The notes under the pieces: generated by a model | Told to the model about the DNA's origin: nothing | What the model saw: the letters and a program-made list of their open reading frames with translations, nothing else | The model's database searches: none | Program-made: the position numbers and the translations under genes | IMG/VR virus record: IMGVR_UViG_3300008259_002461 | Direction: 5' to 3' (one strand) | DNA length: 64,000 nucleotides | DNA from: a virus | Taxonomy: Duplodnaviria; Caudoviricetes | Shown: piece after piece, positions 1 through 8,103 of the stretch | Position numbering within the stretch: the first letter of the stretch is position 1 | How the letters are laid out: each line of letters opens with the position of its first letter

Positions 1-911
1 TCTTCATTAAATTGACGAATAGTTAATTGGTCAATCCAATTTTCTGCAACATCGCTAGGTACTTCTTCCATCACAGGCACTGTGAATCCAGCAACTGCTT
101 CTTTATAATATGTTTCTCTTTGTAGTCCGTGTATGGCAGATTTTACTGTAACAATTCTTTCATTAACTGCATCTAGATAATCACTAAGACCTTCTGCCAT
201 TACACTTGAACGACCCATGTATGTTTTAAATTTCTTTAGCTTAGATAGTTCTTCGGATAAACTTGTAATGTGTGATCCAAAGTCATCAAATGGCTTGCCA
301 CCTTCGCCTACATGACGAGCCATTGCTCTTGCTCCGTTTAAGTGACGGTATGGATATTTGAATCTTTCACCTTCGGAGCTTTCAATATAGATGCTTTCAA
401 TGTGCTGTGTTCTACCAGCTGGCATCACTTGATTAATAGGTTGGCTATGTTTTATAGCTAGTCGAGCATTGCCGACATCTTGGTAACTAGTTCTACTAGT
501 ACCATACATTTTAGATTCTACCATTGTATCTTCTCCGGTCCGGTTTGTTGCGAGAAATTTATAATCTCTTTTATCTAGATTTGATTTTGTAATATTGCGA
601 GTATCAAAATTTAGCAAACGCTTTCTGCTAAATTGACGTAATTCTTTTAAAAATTCATACCAATGTTGACGTGTTGCTGTATCTTCGTTTTCAGCAAAAT
701 CATCACTGTACATTACTGATATAGTTTTTTCGTCAAGACTAACACTTACTTTACCTAGGCTTCTATCACCTTCTTTATAATCAAAATCAAAGAAACGAGC
801 CTCTTTTGGAACGTTAGTTACCTCACCGCTATCATTACCAATAGTGATGGTGGGGAATCTTCCTCTAATCTTGTTGAATAATTCGTCTGCTATAAAATCT
901 AGATTTTTCAT
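1..911 (-). CDS. Hypothetical phage protein, 3'-truncated by the window edge (MKNLDFIADELFNKIRGRF...)
   Basis: Not in the ORF track; hand translation from ATG at 911 is open to the window start; ATAAATA motif 7 nt upstream. Confidence 0.8.
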   Translation of the reverse strand, partial: MKNLDFIADELFNKIRGRFPTITIGNDSGEVTNVPKEARFFDFDYKEGDRSLGKVSVSLDEKTISVMYSDDFAENEDTATRQHWYEFLKELRQFSRKRLLNFDTRNITKSNLDKRDYKFLATNRTGEDTMVESKMYGTSRTSYQDVGNARLAIKHSQPINQVMPAGRTQHIESIYIESSEGERFKYPYRHLNGARAMARHVGEGGKPFDDFGSHITSLSEELSKLKKFKTYMGRSSVMAEGLSDYLDAVNERIVTVKSAIHGLQRETYYKEAVAGFTVPVMEEVPSDVAENWIDQLTIRQFNE

Positions 912-917
912 ATGTTG

Positions 918-924
918 TATTTAT
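918..924 (-). promoter_or_regulatory. T4-type late promoter motif ATAAATA
   Basis: gATAAATAc on minus strand just upstream of ATG 911; same motif recurs before many virion genes. Confidence 0.6.
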
Positions 925-2504
925 CAATAGTTGGTGCTAATGAATATCGGCATCGGCGGCTCGTAATCTTCAAAATTGTCTGTTTGATTAAAGGTGTTAT
1001 ACACTCTAGGATCCCAATCTTTGAGCACATCTATCATACGTATGGACAATAACGTAGCACTAACCAAGTCATCGCTTTGTCCTAATTTAGCTTGGTAGGA
1101 ACTACCTGTAGCAATAAAGTTCTTAAACTCAGAAATTAGAGGTTTAGAATTAACTTCTAATTTATCATTTTCAACCATTGTTTTTAATCTACTACAGGCT
1201 GTAATTTTTGCAGAATGTGTAGTATTAAATCCTTTACGGAATTTACGCACATGGCCTTTACGTATAGGTTCTGATACAAAAAGTCCTGGAATATTTTCTT
1301 CTCCAAAATCGTTAATTACAATTAGTGCTGCTTCGCCTATTCCGTTGTTTTCTACACTCCAGTAAATACCTGTAGAATTTTTAGTTTCGGATTCGATATA
1401 TTTGCATATGTCTGCTAAAATTCTTATCTGACCAGGGATAGCAGTAGTATTGTGTTGCCACTCAGCTACTTGCTTATATGTAGGTAATTCTATAACTTGT
1501 ATAGCTGCATTATTTCCTCCGGTACCCATTGACGGGTCAAGTGCAACGCAATAGGTATTATCGCTTGTGGGCTTTTTATACCAACGAGTTTGGCCCATAT
1601 TAAGAATAGGACTTTTACCGTCTAATGATGCAAGTTTAATACTGCTAATCAGTGTTTCATCAAATACTAAGAATTCACAGCCGTACTCTCGACGGAATCT
1701 TTCTTCACCAATTCTACCAATTTCTTCATCGCGCCATTTGTCGTCTCTATCAGGGTGTTCACTCCAGTGACATGTAAATGCGTGAAACCCGTTAATGCCC
1801 ACGTCTGATTCATTGCCATATTCGTCAAACTTTTTATCAGCATCTTTCCAAATTGTAGCAAATGTATCTTCGTCTGAGTTTGGAGTTGAAGTAATAATTG
1901 CTCTACCACCAGTTGCAAGTGTTGGTGATATTGACGTCCAAAACTCGTCTGCAATGTTAGGAGCAACGAATGCAAACTCGTCGCAGTATAAGAGTGATAT
2001 AGACATACCGCGACCGGTATTACCTGTAGTAGTAGCACTTACAATACGACTACCGTTTTCAAATTCAATACTGCCTTTGTTATAATTGATAACACCTGCT
2101 CTAATGTGATCTGGACATAATTCGTACACATAGCGTATACGCTGCATAATTTCTTGAGCACCTGTATATTTGTGTGCTGCAATAAGAATTGTTTGATCAG
2201 GATGGAACATTGCGAACCACGCAAGATACACCGCGGCACAAGTAGTCTTTCCAGTCTGACGAGGTAACATGTTAACGTTGAATCTATAATTGTGATAAGA
2301 TTCCATTAACCTTTCTTGATATTCGTACGGATCAAATAATAATTTGCCTTTTACCGGGTGCTGAATATATGCAAAGTTTTTTGCAAAATAAAGATAGCCC
2401 GTATCGGAGTCCATACACTTTAACAAATCTTCAATTTGATTTTCAGTATATGTTTCTTTTTTATTAGCTTTTTTGGTTAATACGCCGTCTAGTGATTTAC
2501 TCAT
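924..2504 (-). CDS. terL: Terminase large subunit (T4 gp17-like)
   Basis: Walker A LPRQTGKT, Walker B LLYCDEFAF, coupling motif ITSTPN, nuclease motifs ALDPSMG and SDDLV; 526 aa with no intein or intron. Confidence 0.97.
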   Translation of the reverse strand: MSKSLDGVLTKKANKKETYTENQIEDLLKCMDSDTGYLYFAKNFAYIQHPVKGKLLFDPYEYQERLMESYHNYRFNVNMLPRQTGKTTCAAVYLAWFAMFHPDQTILIAAHKYTGAQEIMQRIRYVYELCPDHIRAGVINYNKGSIEFENGSRIVSATTTGNTGRGMSISLLYCDEFAFVAPNIADEFWTSISPTLATGGRAIITSTPNSDEDTFATIWKDADKKFDEYGNESDVGINGFHAFTCHWSEHPDRDDKWRDEEIGRIGEERFRREYGCEFLVFDETLISSIKLASLDGKSPILNMGQTRWYKKPTSDNTYCVALDPSMGTGGNNAAIQVIELPTYKQVAEWQHNTTAIPGQIRILADICKYIESETKNSTGIYWSVENNGIGEAALIVINDFGEENIPGLFVSEPIRKGHVRKFRKGFNTTHSAKITACSRLKTMVENDKLEVNSKPLISEFKNFIATGSSYQAKLGQSDDLVSATLLSIRMIDVLKDWDPRVYNTFNQTDNFEDYEPPMPIFISTNY

Positions 2505-2509
2505 GTGTT

Positions 2510-2515
2510 TATTTA
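2510..2515 (-). promoter_or_regulatory. Late promoter motif TAAATA upstream of terminase
   Basis: gTAAATAaacacATG directly after a terminator. Confidence 0.5.
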
Positions 2516-2518
2516 CTC

Positions 2519-2546
2519 AAAAAAATGGGCTCCGGAGAGCCCATTT
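2519..2546 (-). terminator. Rho-independent terminator with C(UCCG)G loop
   Basis: Minus strand aaatgggctc-tccg-gagcccattt followed by further U residues, 20 nt after stop of the 2566-3438 gene. Confidence 0.85.
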
Positions 2547-2565
2547 GAGTGCTATCTATAATAGC

Positions 2566-3438
2566 TTATTTTTTGGTATTATCAAATTTCTTACCACCTT
2601 CAACACCCCAAGTTCCAGTCTTAGACTTTTTCTGCTCTGGAGCGCCTTTTTTCTCAGCAGCAGATCTAGACTTAGCATCTGATTTTGGTTCAGCATGTGG
2701 CTCATCACTGTAACGCTTTGGATTTTCTGTATGCTTAGTAACGCCCTTCTTTGAACGATCAATCTCGCCACCTGTAGAAGATTTTTCTTCTTTTACTTTT
2801 TTAGCAAATGGATTAACACCCTTTTTAGGTGCAGCGCCTTTCTTATCAGATACAGCTTTTTTCATTGGCTCTTTTTTGTTGCCATCTTTGTCCATATCTA
2901 AGAAATCTGGTTTTGCTTTCTTTTCTTTGAGTGCAGCCCATAAACGTTCTTTGATACTTTCTACTGCCATTGGGTTATCTCCGCCTGCAGCCGGCTTAAA
3001 CATTTTCTTTTGCCCGTTAATACCGCCGCTAAGATCCTTAGTCATATATTTTGTATCACTATATTTTTCATCTGGGGCATTAGAAAATTCTTCTTCTTCC
3101 ATTTCCGCATTATCCATAGCCAATGCCATTGGCATAGTCTTTGCTGGCATTGGCATTGACATCGACGAGCTATCTAGTCCAGCACTTTTTAACAAACTCA
3201 TTAGTTCGTCAACATTTTCTTTGCCGCTTGCATTTAAGCTAATGTTCATACTAACTGGAGTGCCTTCACGTTGCGGCATGCCGCCCATTGTGCCTGGCAT
3301 AGTGCCGCATTCAGCTACTTGTACTTTGTCAAAAGATTCAAGGATTTTTTTCATCGCGCCTGCTTCTTTTTGTGCGGTACCTTTAATAGTTCCTTTTTCA
3401 ATGCCATTAAGAGTGGCGAGTAGTTTATTCATATCCAT
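2566..3438 (-). CDS. Hypothetical Lys-rich, probably disordered late protein with a DxDxDG Ca-binding-type loop
   Basis: 290-aa ORF; motif KPDFLDMDKDGNKKE; low-complexity basic C-terminus. Confidence 0.75.
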   Translation of the reverse strand: MDMNKLLATLNGIEKGTIKGTAQKEAGAMKKILESFDKVQVAECGTMPGTMGGMPQREGTPVSMNISLNASGKENVDELMSLLKSAGLDSSSMSMPMPAKTMPMALAMDNAEMEEEEFSNAPDEKYSDTKYMTKDLSGGINGQKKMFKPAAGGDNPMAVESIKERLWAALKEKKAKPDFLDMDKDGNKKEPMKKAVSDKKGAAPKKGVNPFAKKVKEEKSSTGGEIDRSKKGVTKHTENPKRYSDEPHAEPKSDAKSRSAAEKKGAPEQKKSKTGTWGVEGGKKFDNTKK

Positions 3439-3440
3439 AA

Positions 3441-4013
3441 TTAGTTTCCTATGACGCTAGTTGCGTTTTCTTTAGTATCCATCTGTTTGCTCTTACCGCT
3501 AGTAACTGCACCCGCAGGTTCTACGTTTCTTTCTTTACGAGCAATTTCTAATTCTTTTAATAGATCCATCACTCTATTTTGACCAACATTAGGTTGGGCA
3601 CTTTCACCGCCCATATCTTGTTTAGTTAACAAAGGTTCGTAAGGTTCATTTTCTTTAATATTTTGTTGTCTTTCTAGAGGATCATTTTCACCTCTAATTA
3701 CCCAGCGATTTTTTGCAATCATGCAGTTGTCTGCTAGGTAGTGTTGTAACACGTGACTTGTTGTGGGATAGTTAACTTCGGCTTCAAACATATGAACTTC
3801 CATATTTTGCATCTGTGGAAAATCTAATGGAGTTTCTTGAATAGGTGTACGTTTTGGTGCTGACAGTTTAACTAGTTCAAATTTTTCTAGGTTGCGCTTC
3901 ATACTATCCGCAAATCCTTCGGGTAGATCACCTGCTACCTTAATTAGAAACTTGTAGGTCTTTTTAGACTCTGTTAAAAAATCTTTAAAATTCTTCATCG
4001 TGTGCAATCCCAT
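3441..4013 (-). CDS. Hypothetical phage protein (start may be the second Met, MKNFK)
   Basis: 190-aa ORF tightly packed in the head-gene run with a late promoter motif upstream. Confidence 0.75.
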   Translation of the reverse strand: MGLHTMKNFKDFLTESKKTYKFLIKVAGDLPEGFADSMKRNLEKFELVKLSAPKRTPIQETPLDFPQMQNMEVHMFEAEVNYPTTSHVLQHYLADNCMIAKNRWVIRGENDPLERQQNIKENEPYEPLLTKQDMGGESAQPNVGQNRVMDLLKELEIARKERNVEPAGAVTSGKSKQMDTKENATSVIGN

Positions 4014-4019
4014 TGTTTA

Positions 4020-4523
4020 TTATTTATCATTACTCATGCCTTTGAGCCGTTCAATTAAGCTATTACGGTCAGTAACAACAAACCCTTTTCCGTCAATTAT
4101 TCCGCTATCGTTGTTATCTTCTTTATCTAATTTTTCTTTTTTAAGCTGTAATTCAACCATTTTTAACTTCTTGTCAATCTTAGCTACTTTAGCGTCAAGA
4201 CTGGTCTTAAGCATATTGCCTGCTACTTCAAATACCCTACCACTGTATCTTGCCTCTACATTCATACCTAGATCCATTAGATCTTCATAAGCGTCAAGAG
4301 CTCGTTGAGCAATATCATTTAGTTCAGTATCAGCCATGTCGCCTAACCCTTGAACCTGTGGTAATGCGCTGGCAATTTTGTCAAATTCAGCTATGTCGCG
4401 TTTAGTATTTTCTTGTTCAACTACTGCTGCTTCTTTAACTCTCTTTTTTTCAGCAGACCGCACGTTATCTACTATTTCTTTAGATTCTGGCAAGTTTAAT
4501 AATTCTTCTAATTTTTTAGTCAT
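4020..4523 (-). CDS. Probable terminase small subunit (T4 gp16-like)
   Basis: 167 aa, helical; AYEDLMDLG...RVFEVAGNMLKTS...FVVTDRNSLIERLK resembles the gp16 pattern; near terL. Confidence 0.55.
   Translation of the reverse strand: MTKKLEELLNLPESKEIVDNVRSAEKKRVKEAAVVEQENTKRDIAEFDKIASALPQVQGLGDMADTELNDIAQRALDAYEDLMDLGMNVEARYSGRVFEVAGNMLKTSLDAKVAKIDKKLKMVELQLKKEKLDKEDNNDSGIIDGKGFVVTDRNSLIERLKGMSNDK
4021..4027 (-). promoter_or_regulatory. Late promoter motif ATAAATA
   Basis: gATAAATAataaacaATG, overlapping the stop of the upstream gene. Confidence 0.55.
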
Positions 4524-4552
4524 ACAAGATTTCCATTAAGTGCTACTATTAT

Positions 4553-4558
4553 TATTTA
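4553..4558 (-). promoter_or_regulatory. Late promoter motif TAAATA
   Basis: In the short intergenic gap upstream of ATG 4523. Confidence 0.45.
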
Positions 4559-4568
4559 GCTTTAATTA

Positions 4569-5213
4569 TTAAAACGTATATTCAAAATTTTTAAAATCTT
4601 CTTGAAAAAAATCGTACACAAAATCTTTAGTTTTTTGACTTTTGTAATAGTGTCGATAATCGTCCATCCTAGTAATGTTTATTTCTGGAAAATCTAATCT
4701 AGTATAAAACCAATCTTCCATTATTTTAAAATCGTTTTCTAATGTTTCGTATTTAAAGATTGTAGTTACATATTTTGTATACTCAGTAAGACTGTTGTCT
4801 ACTACCCAAAATTTTCTATGATCTTCAATACACTCTAATAGCCATTGCTCAAACGTTAATGACGTAAAATAATCCTGGGCTCTAACTGCTTCAATTCTTT
4901 GTTTTTCCCATTGCAAAATTTCTTGGTCAGTAATTAACTCAATTCTTTTTTGATCAACTTGTCTAAGAGCGTTAGCTTGATAATAAGAAAATGTACTTAC
5001 TACACGATCGTAAGGATTTCTAATTATTGTAAATGTTTCGCCAAGCGGTATGTTTTGAGAAATTAAATCTGAGGCACTTGCATGCATATTAAACAATACT
5101 GTTTGCTTATCGTGATGACGTATCCATTGGGTAAGACTTTGGCCTGCTGTCTTTGGTATATGTATGAATGTTTTTAGCGTATTATTTTTATCTCGAAACT
5201 GACAAGTTGACAT
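4569..5213 (-). CDS. Sulfotransferase (Sulfotransfer_2-like, PAPS-dependent)
   Basis: 5'-PSB motif FIHIPKTAGQS and 3'-PB motif FTIIRNPYDRVVS. Confidence 0.85.
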   Translation of the reverse strand: MSTCQFRDKNNTLKTFIHIPKTAGQSLTQWIRHHDKQTVLFNMHASASDLISQNIPLGETFTIIRNPYDRVVSTFSYYQANALRQVDQKRIELITDQEILQWEKQRIEAVRAQDYFTSLTFEQWLLECIEDHRKFWVVDNSLTEYTKYVTTIFKYETLENDFKIMEDWFYTRLDFPEINITRMDDYRHYYKSQKTKDFVYDFFQEDFKNFEYTF

Positions 5214-5650
5214 TATTTTTTTCTACCTTGATGAAACATATCTCCCTCGTTTATAATTCTAAACTTAATGCCCTGTTGTTTACACCAAGCATATGCCGCT
5301 TCCCATTTAGCCTGATTAACTACCCATGCTGCTTGATTATGTCGACTTTTGCCAACCTTTTCTATTAGAGTTTGATTAGCTGGTTTAACTTCTATAAGTT
5401 CAACAAATTGTTTTCCTGATCTATCTCCATACGAAATAAAAAAATCAGGTACATATATTGTGTATTTTCCAGTTAAAGGGTTTCGATAAGGAATCTGTAC
5501 AGCTTCGCTGGCCCATTTTGTAATTGAAGGATGCTCGTCGCACATTTTCATAAAAGCAAATTCCCAACTGCTTCTGTAAGTTGGGGTTCGCGTGCCTATA
5601 TATTTTTCAGGGTTTTTTAGAGCAAATTTTCCCTGGGCAAACTTTGACAT
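5213..5650 (-). CDS. Head completion nuclease (T4 gp4-like, TnsA-N/PD-(D/E)XK fold)
   Basis: YRSSWE...WASE...PY...YVPDF...IEVKP...NQAKWEAA...FRIINE pattern. Confidence 0.88.
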   Translation of the reverse strand: MSKFAQGKFALKNPEKYIGTRTPTYRSSWEFAFMKMCDEHPSITKWASEAVQIPYRNPLTGKYTIYVPDFFISYGDRSGKQFVELIEVKPANQTLIEKVGKSRHNQAAWVVNQAKWEAAYAWCKQQGIKFRIINEGDMFHQGRKK

Positions 5651-5651
5651 A

Positions 5652-6026
5652 TTATATTAAAATATTTCTACGTTCTGCTTTATCGGCAACGATTTCGCGT
5701 TTAAAACCCAGTGTGCTGGTTCTTTTTCTATTATAGTTAAGTACTTCTGCTACTACTACACTTAGTTGTAGATCTTGAAGACCTTTAAGTGTTTCAATTA
5801 ATCTAAAAACTTTAATATTATCTAATTTTGCTTGTTGTAGCAGAACTATTGCAACTGATGTTGCAGCACTGGTATCAAAATTTCGACTTTCAAAAAATGC
5901 AACTACAGTATCTAAATCGTTAGACGAAACATTAATTGGTTTTGTAAAGTATCTATCAAAATAAAGATTAACTTCTTTATCTGAACGTTTAGTTACTGGT
6001 TGAATTGGTAAATTTGAATTTGTCAT
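5652..6026 (-). CDS. Hypothetical phage protein
   Basis: 124-aa ORF coupled to the upstream gene by a 4-nt overlap. Confidence 0.7.
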   Translation of the reverse strand: MTNSNLPIQPVTKRSDKEVNLYFDRYFTKPINVSSNDLDTVVAFFESRNFDTSAATSVAIVLLQQAKLDNIKVFRLIETLKGLQDLQLSVVVAEVLNYNRKRTSTLGFKREIVADKAERRNILI

Positions 6027-7357
6027 TCTATTGCTTTGTCTTTATAAATTTGTTTACGAGCATCAGGTAATGTTTGCCACGACTGTATATAATTATTAAC
6101 GCCACCCACTGCACCGCTAGTTAAATAGTCTCTTTTATATAGCTGAATTGCTGCCGCTTCTAATGCTAATGGATTTTCTAAAAGTTCTTGTCTTGAAAAC
6201 TGAGTAACTACAATAGCACCTGAGGCTGTTGCTCCGGACCCTGTTGCATTAGTGCCAGTAGCCGGTGTAGATCCGCTGATTGACGAAGCTGTAGTAGTTT
6301 GATTACTGCCGCCTGATCCGTTATTTTTAGGGAATGATGAATTAGCAACACCGCTTACATCTATACCTGCAATATCGCCAATAGCATCTTTAACTATGTT
6401 GTATCCTTCTTGTCTTAAACCTTCAGATGTTAGACCTTCAAGGCTTCTTATAAACTGAAACGCTGCTAGGCCTGCTTCTAATGGACTTTGAAATGTTGAC
6501 TTGCCGGAAATAAAATCATAAAGGTCTGCGCCTGCTCCAAAAAGTCCGTCAATGCCTAATTTTCCGCCCCCTAGTAACGATATTGGAGAAGGTTGTCGAT
6601 CGTAATGAGTTGGGCCGCCGAAGCCTGTTGGACTACCGTCGGCTCCAGCCTTAACTAATCCTCTAGTGTAATGCACAGCTTCGTATGCAACGCTTATAGA
6701 ATTTTGCATAGTAGTGTTACCATCTGCGCTGTCCACGCTGTCGTGTGACCATGTTGTAATTATTGGATTAACAATAGTATATGTTGTGTAAGATTTTCTA
6801 GAAAGTTGACTTATTTCTATACTTTGAAAAAACGGTACTGAGATATCATTATCTAAACCATATTTGTATTGGTTAAATCCAGTGCCTCTGTAAGTATTAT
6901 CGCCACTGCCTGCTTTATTATATGCGCCAGGAATTCTTCCGTAGCTTGCATCAGCAAAATAATATCTATAATATGCTTCTAGTAGTGCAGTAGTTACACC
7001 GTAGTTGTCGTCGTGAAACGCGATGTTAATAGGATCATAAGTTATAGAAGTATGTACGTTCTTTTTTCTATTATACTTGTTTTTAGTTTCAACATTAGCT
7101 GAAAATTTAGGTAAGTCTGCACTTTTAACTAACATGCCTATTTCTAAATTGTGTTTGTCTGCTAATTCAGGCAATATAGTTCTTACAATTGGATCTAGCT
7201 TAAAATACACATGAAAAAGAAACTTTTGTTTAGGTGCAAATTTTAATTTGCCGTCAATAAACAGGCGACTTGCATGTTGCCAAGAGGCCATATTTCCCTT
7301 GGGACCTAAAATCCCTGAAACTAAGTTGTCTAAAAATCCGTTAGATGTAGCTGGCAT
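6023..7357 (-). CDS. Tail-tube-fold baseplate/tube initiator protein (gp54/gp48-like) with Gly/Ser/Thr-rich extension
   Basis: N-terminal half LVKSADLPKF...YDPINIAFHDD...ITTWSHD...ISVAYE parallels tube-fold proteins; follows the tail tube gene. Confidence 0.6.
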   Translation of the reverse strand: MPATSNGFLDNLVSGILGPKGNMASWQHASRLFIDGKLKFAPKQKFLFHVYFKLDPIVRTILPELADKHNLEIGMLVKSADLPKFSANVETKNKYNRKKNVHTSITYDPINIAFHDDNYGVTTALLEAYYRYYFADASYGRIPGAYNKAGSGDNTYRGTGFNQYKYGLDNDISVPFFQSIEISQLSRKSYTTYTIVNPIITTWSHDSVDSADGNTTMQNSISVAYEAVHYTRGLVKAGADGSPTGFGGPTHYDRQPSPISLLGGGKLGIDGLFGAGADLYDFISGKSTFQSPLEAGLAAFQFIRSLEGLTSEGLRQEGYNIVKDAIGDIAGIDVSGVANSSFPKNNGSGGSNQTTTASSISGSTPATGTNATGSGATASGAIVVTQFSRQELLENPLALEAAAIQLYKRDYLTSGAVGGVNNYIQSWQTLPDARKQIYKDKAIE

Positions 7358-7362
7358 AATAA

Positions 7363-7369
7363 TATTTAT
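7363..7369 (-). promoter_or_regulatory. Late promoter motif ATAAATA
   Basis: gATAAATAttattATG, downstream of a terminator. Confidence 0.6.
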
Positions 7370-7395
7370 CTATTGTAATTAAGTGATCGGATAAT

Positions 7396-7420
7396 AAAAA
7401 AGGAGCCGAAGCTCCTTTTT
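7396..7420 (-). terminator. Rho-independent terminator with C(UUCG)G tetraloop, potentially bidirectional
   Basis: aaaaaggagc-ttcg-gctcctttttt on the minus strand after the tail tube gene. Confidence 0.88.
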
Positions 7421-7442
7421 GTAGTTAAAATCATAACTAGAT

Positions 7443-8069
7443 TTAAGTGCCGCCGCCGGTAATTAATGTACCTAAACCGCGTCCTACAGCAGTGCCAATA
7501 CCAGTACCCTGCGGTGTTTGGATAGCATTGTCGTATTGTATTTCTAATGTAATTGTAACAGGTTCGTTGGTTGCATATGACAACGTATTGTAGTTAGCAT
7601 TAGTAACAAAACAACCATACAACTCAAAAGTTTCTAGCACGTTTGGTGTGTTAGCACCGTTACCACCGTCTAGAATTTCAATACGTGTTGTAAACTTATA
7701 ATCTTGACCGCTTGCCGCACTAGATTGTTCGTAAAAGTCAAATTGTTTCTGTAACTGTTCGCCAACAAGTTTTTGAACTGCGTTATTAACATCTTCACGC
7801 AAGTTAAGTGTAATTGGCGCCCAAGTGTGTTTCCCAGCTAGATATGCTTTAGAGTTATATGCATGAATTTCCATTGGTTCAAATGAAACCGTTGGTCTAG
7901 TAATATCTACAACCTGCTTTGTTAATTCAGTTGTCGGCGTTGATACACCAAAGTTTTCCAGTGACACCCTGAAGCGGTACTGGAGCTTGGGCATCAACAG
8001 ACCCTGTGTGCTAGCGGAGTCTCCGCTAGCAAGTGGCACAGTAATTTTTGATAGTGTTGAAATTGCCAT
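7443..8069 (-). CDS. Tail tube protein (T4 gp19-like)
   Basis: RFRV...RPTVSFEPMEI...LAGKHTWAPITL...YKF...IEILDG...FELYGCF...ITLEIQYD; directly downstream of sheath. Confidence 0.9.
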   Translation of the reverse strand: MAISTLSKITVPLASGDSASTQGLLMPKLQYRFRVSLENFGVSTPTTELTKQVVDITRPTVSFEPMEIHAYNSKAYLAGKHTWAPITLNLREDVNNAVQKLVGEQLQKQFDFYEQSSAASGQDYKFTTRIEILDGGNGANTPNVLETFELYGCFVTNANYNTLSYATNEPVTITLEIQYDNAIQTPQGTGIGTAVGRGLGTLITGGGT

Positions 8070-8092
8070 TTAACTTGCTCCTAATTCGTTAG

Positions 8093-8099
8093 TATTTAT
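8093..8099 (-). promoter_or_regulatory. Late promoter motif ATAAATA
   Basis: gATAAATAct 24 nt upstream of tube start, GGAG RBS between. Confidence 0.6.
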
Positions 8100-8103
8100 C
8101 ATA

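Noticed and set aside
924-2504. Intein or group I intron in terminase
   Set aside because: 526-aa uninterrupted ORF of normal size with contiguous motifs
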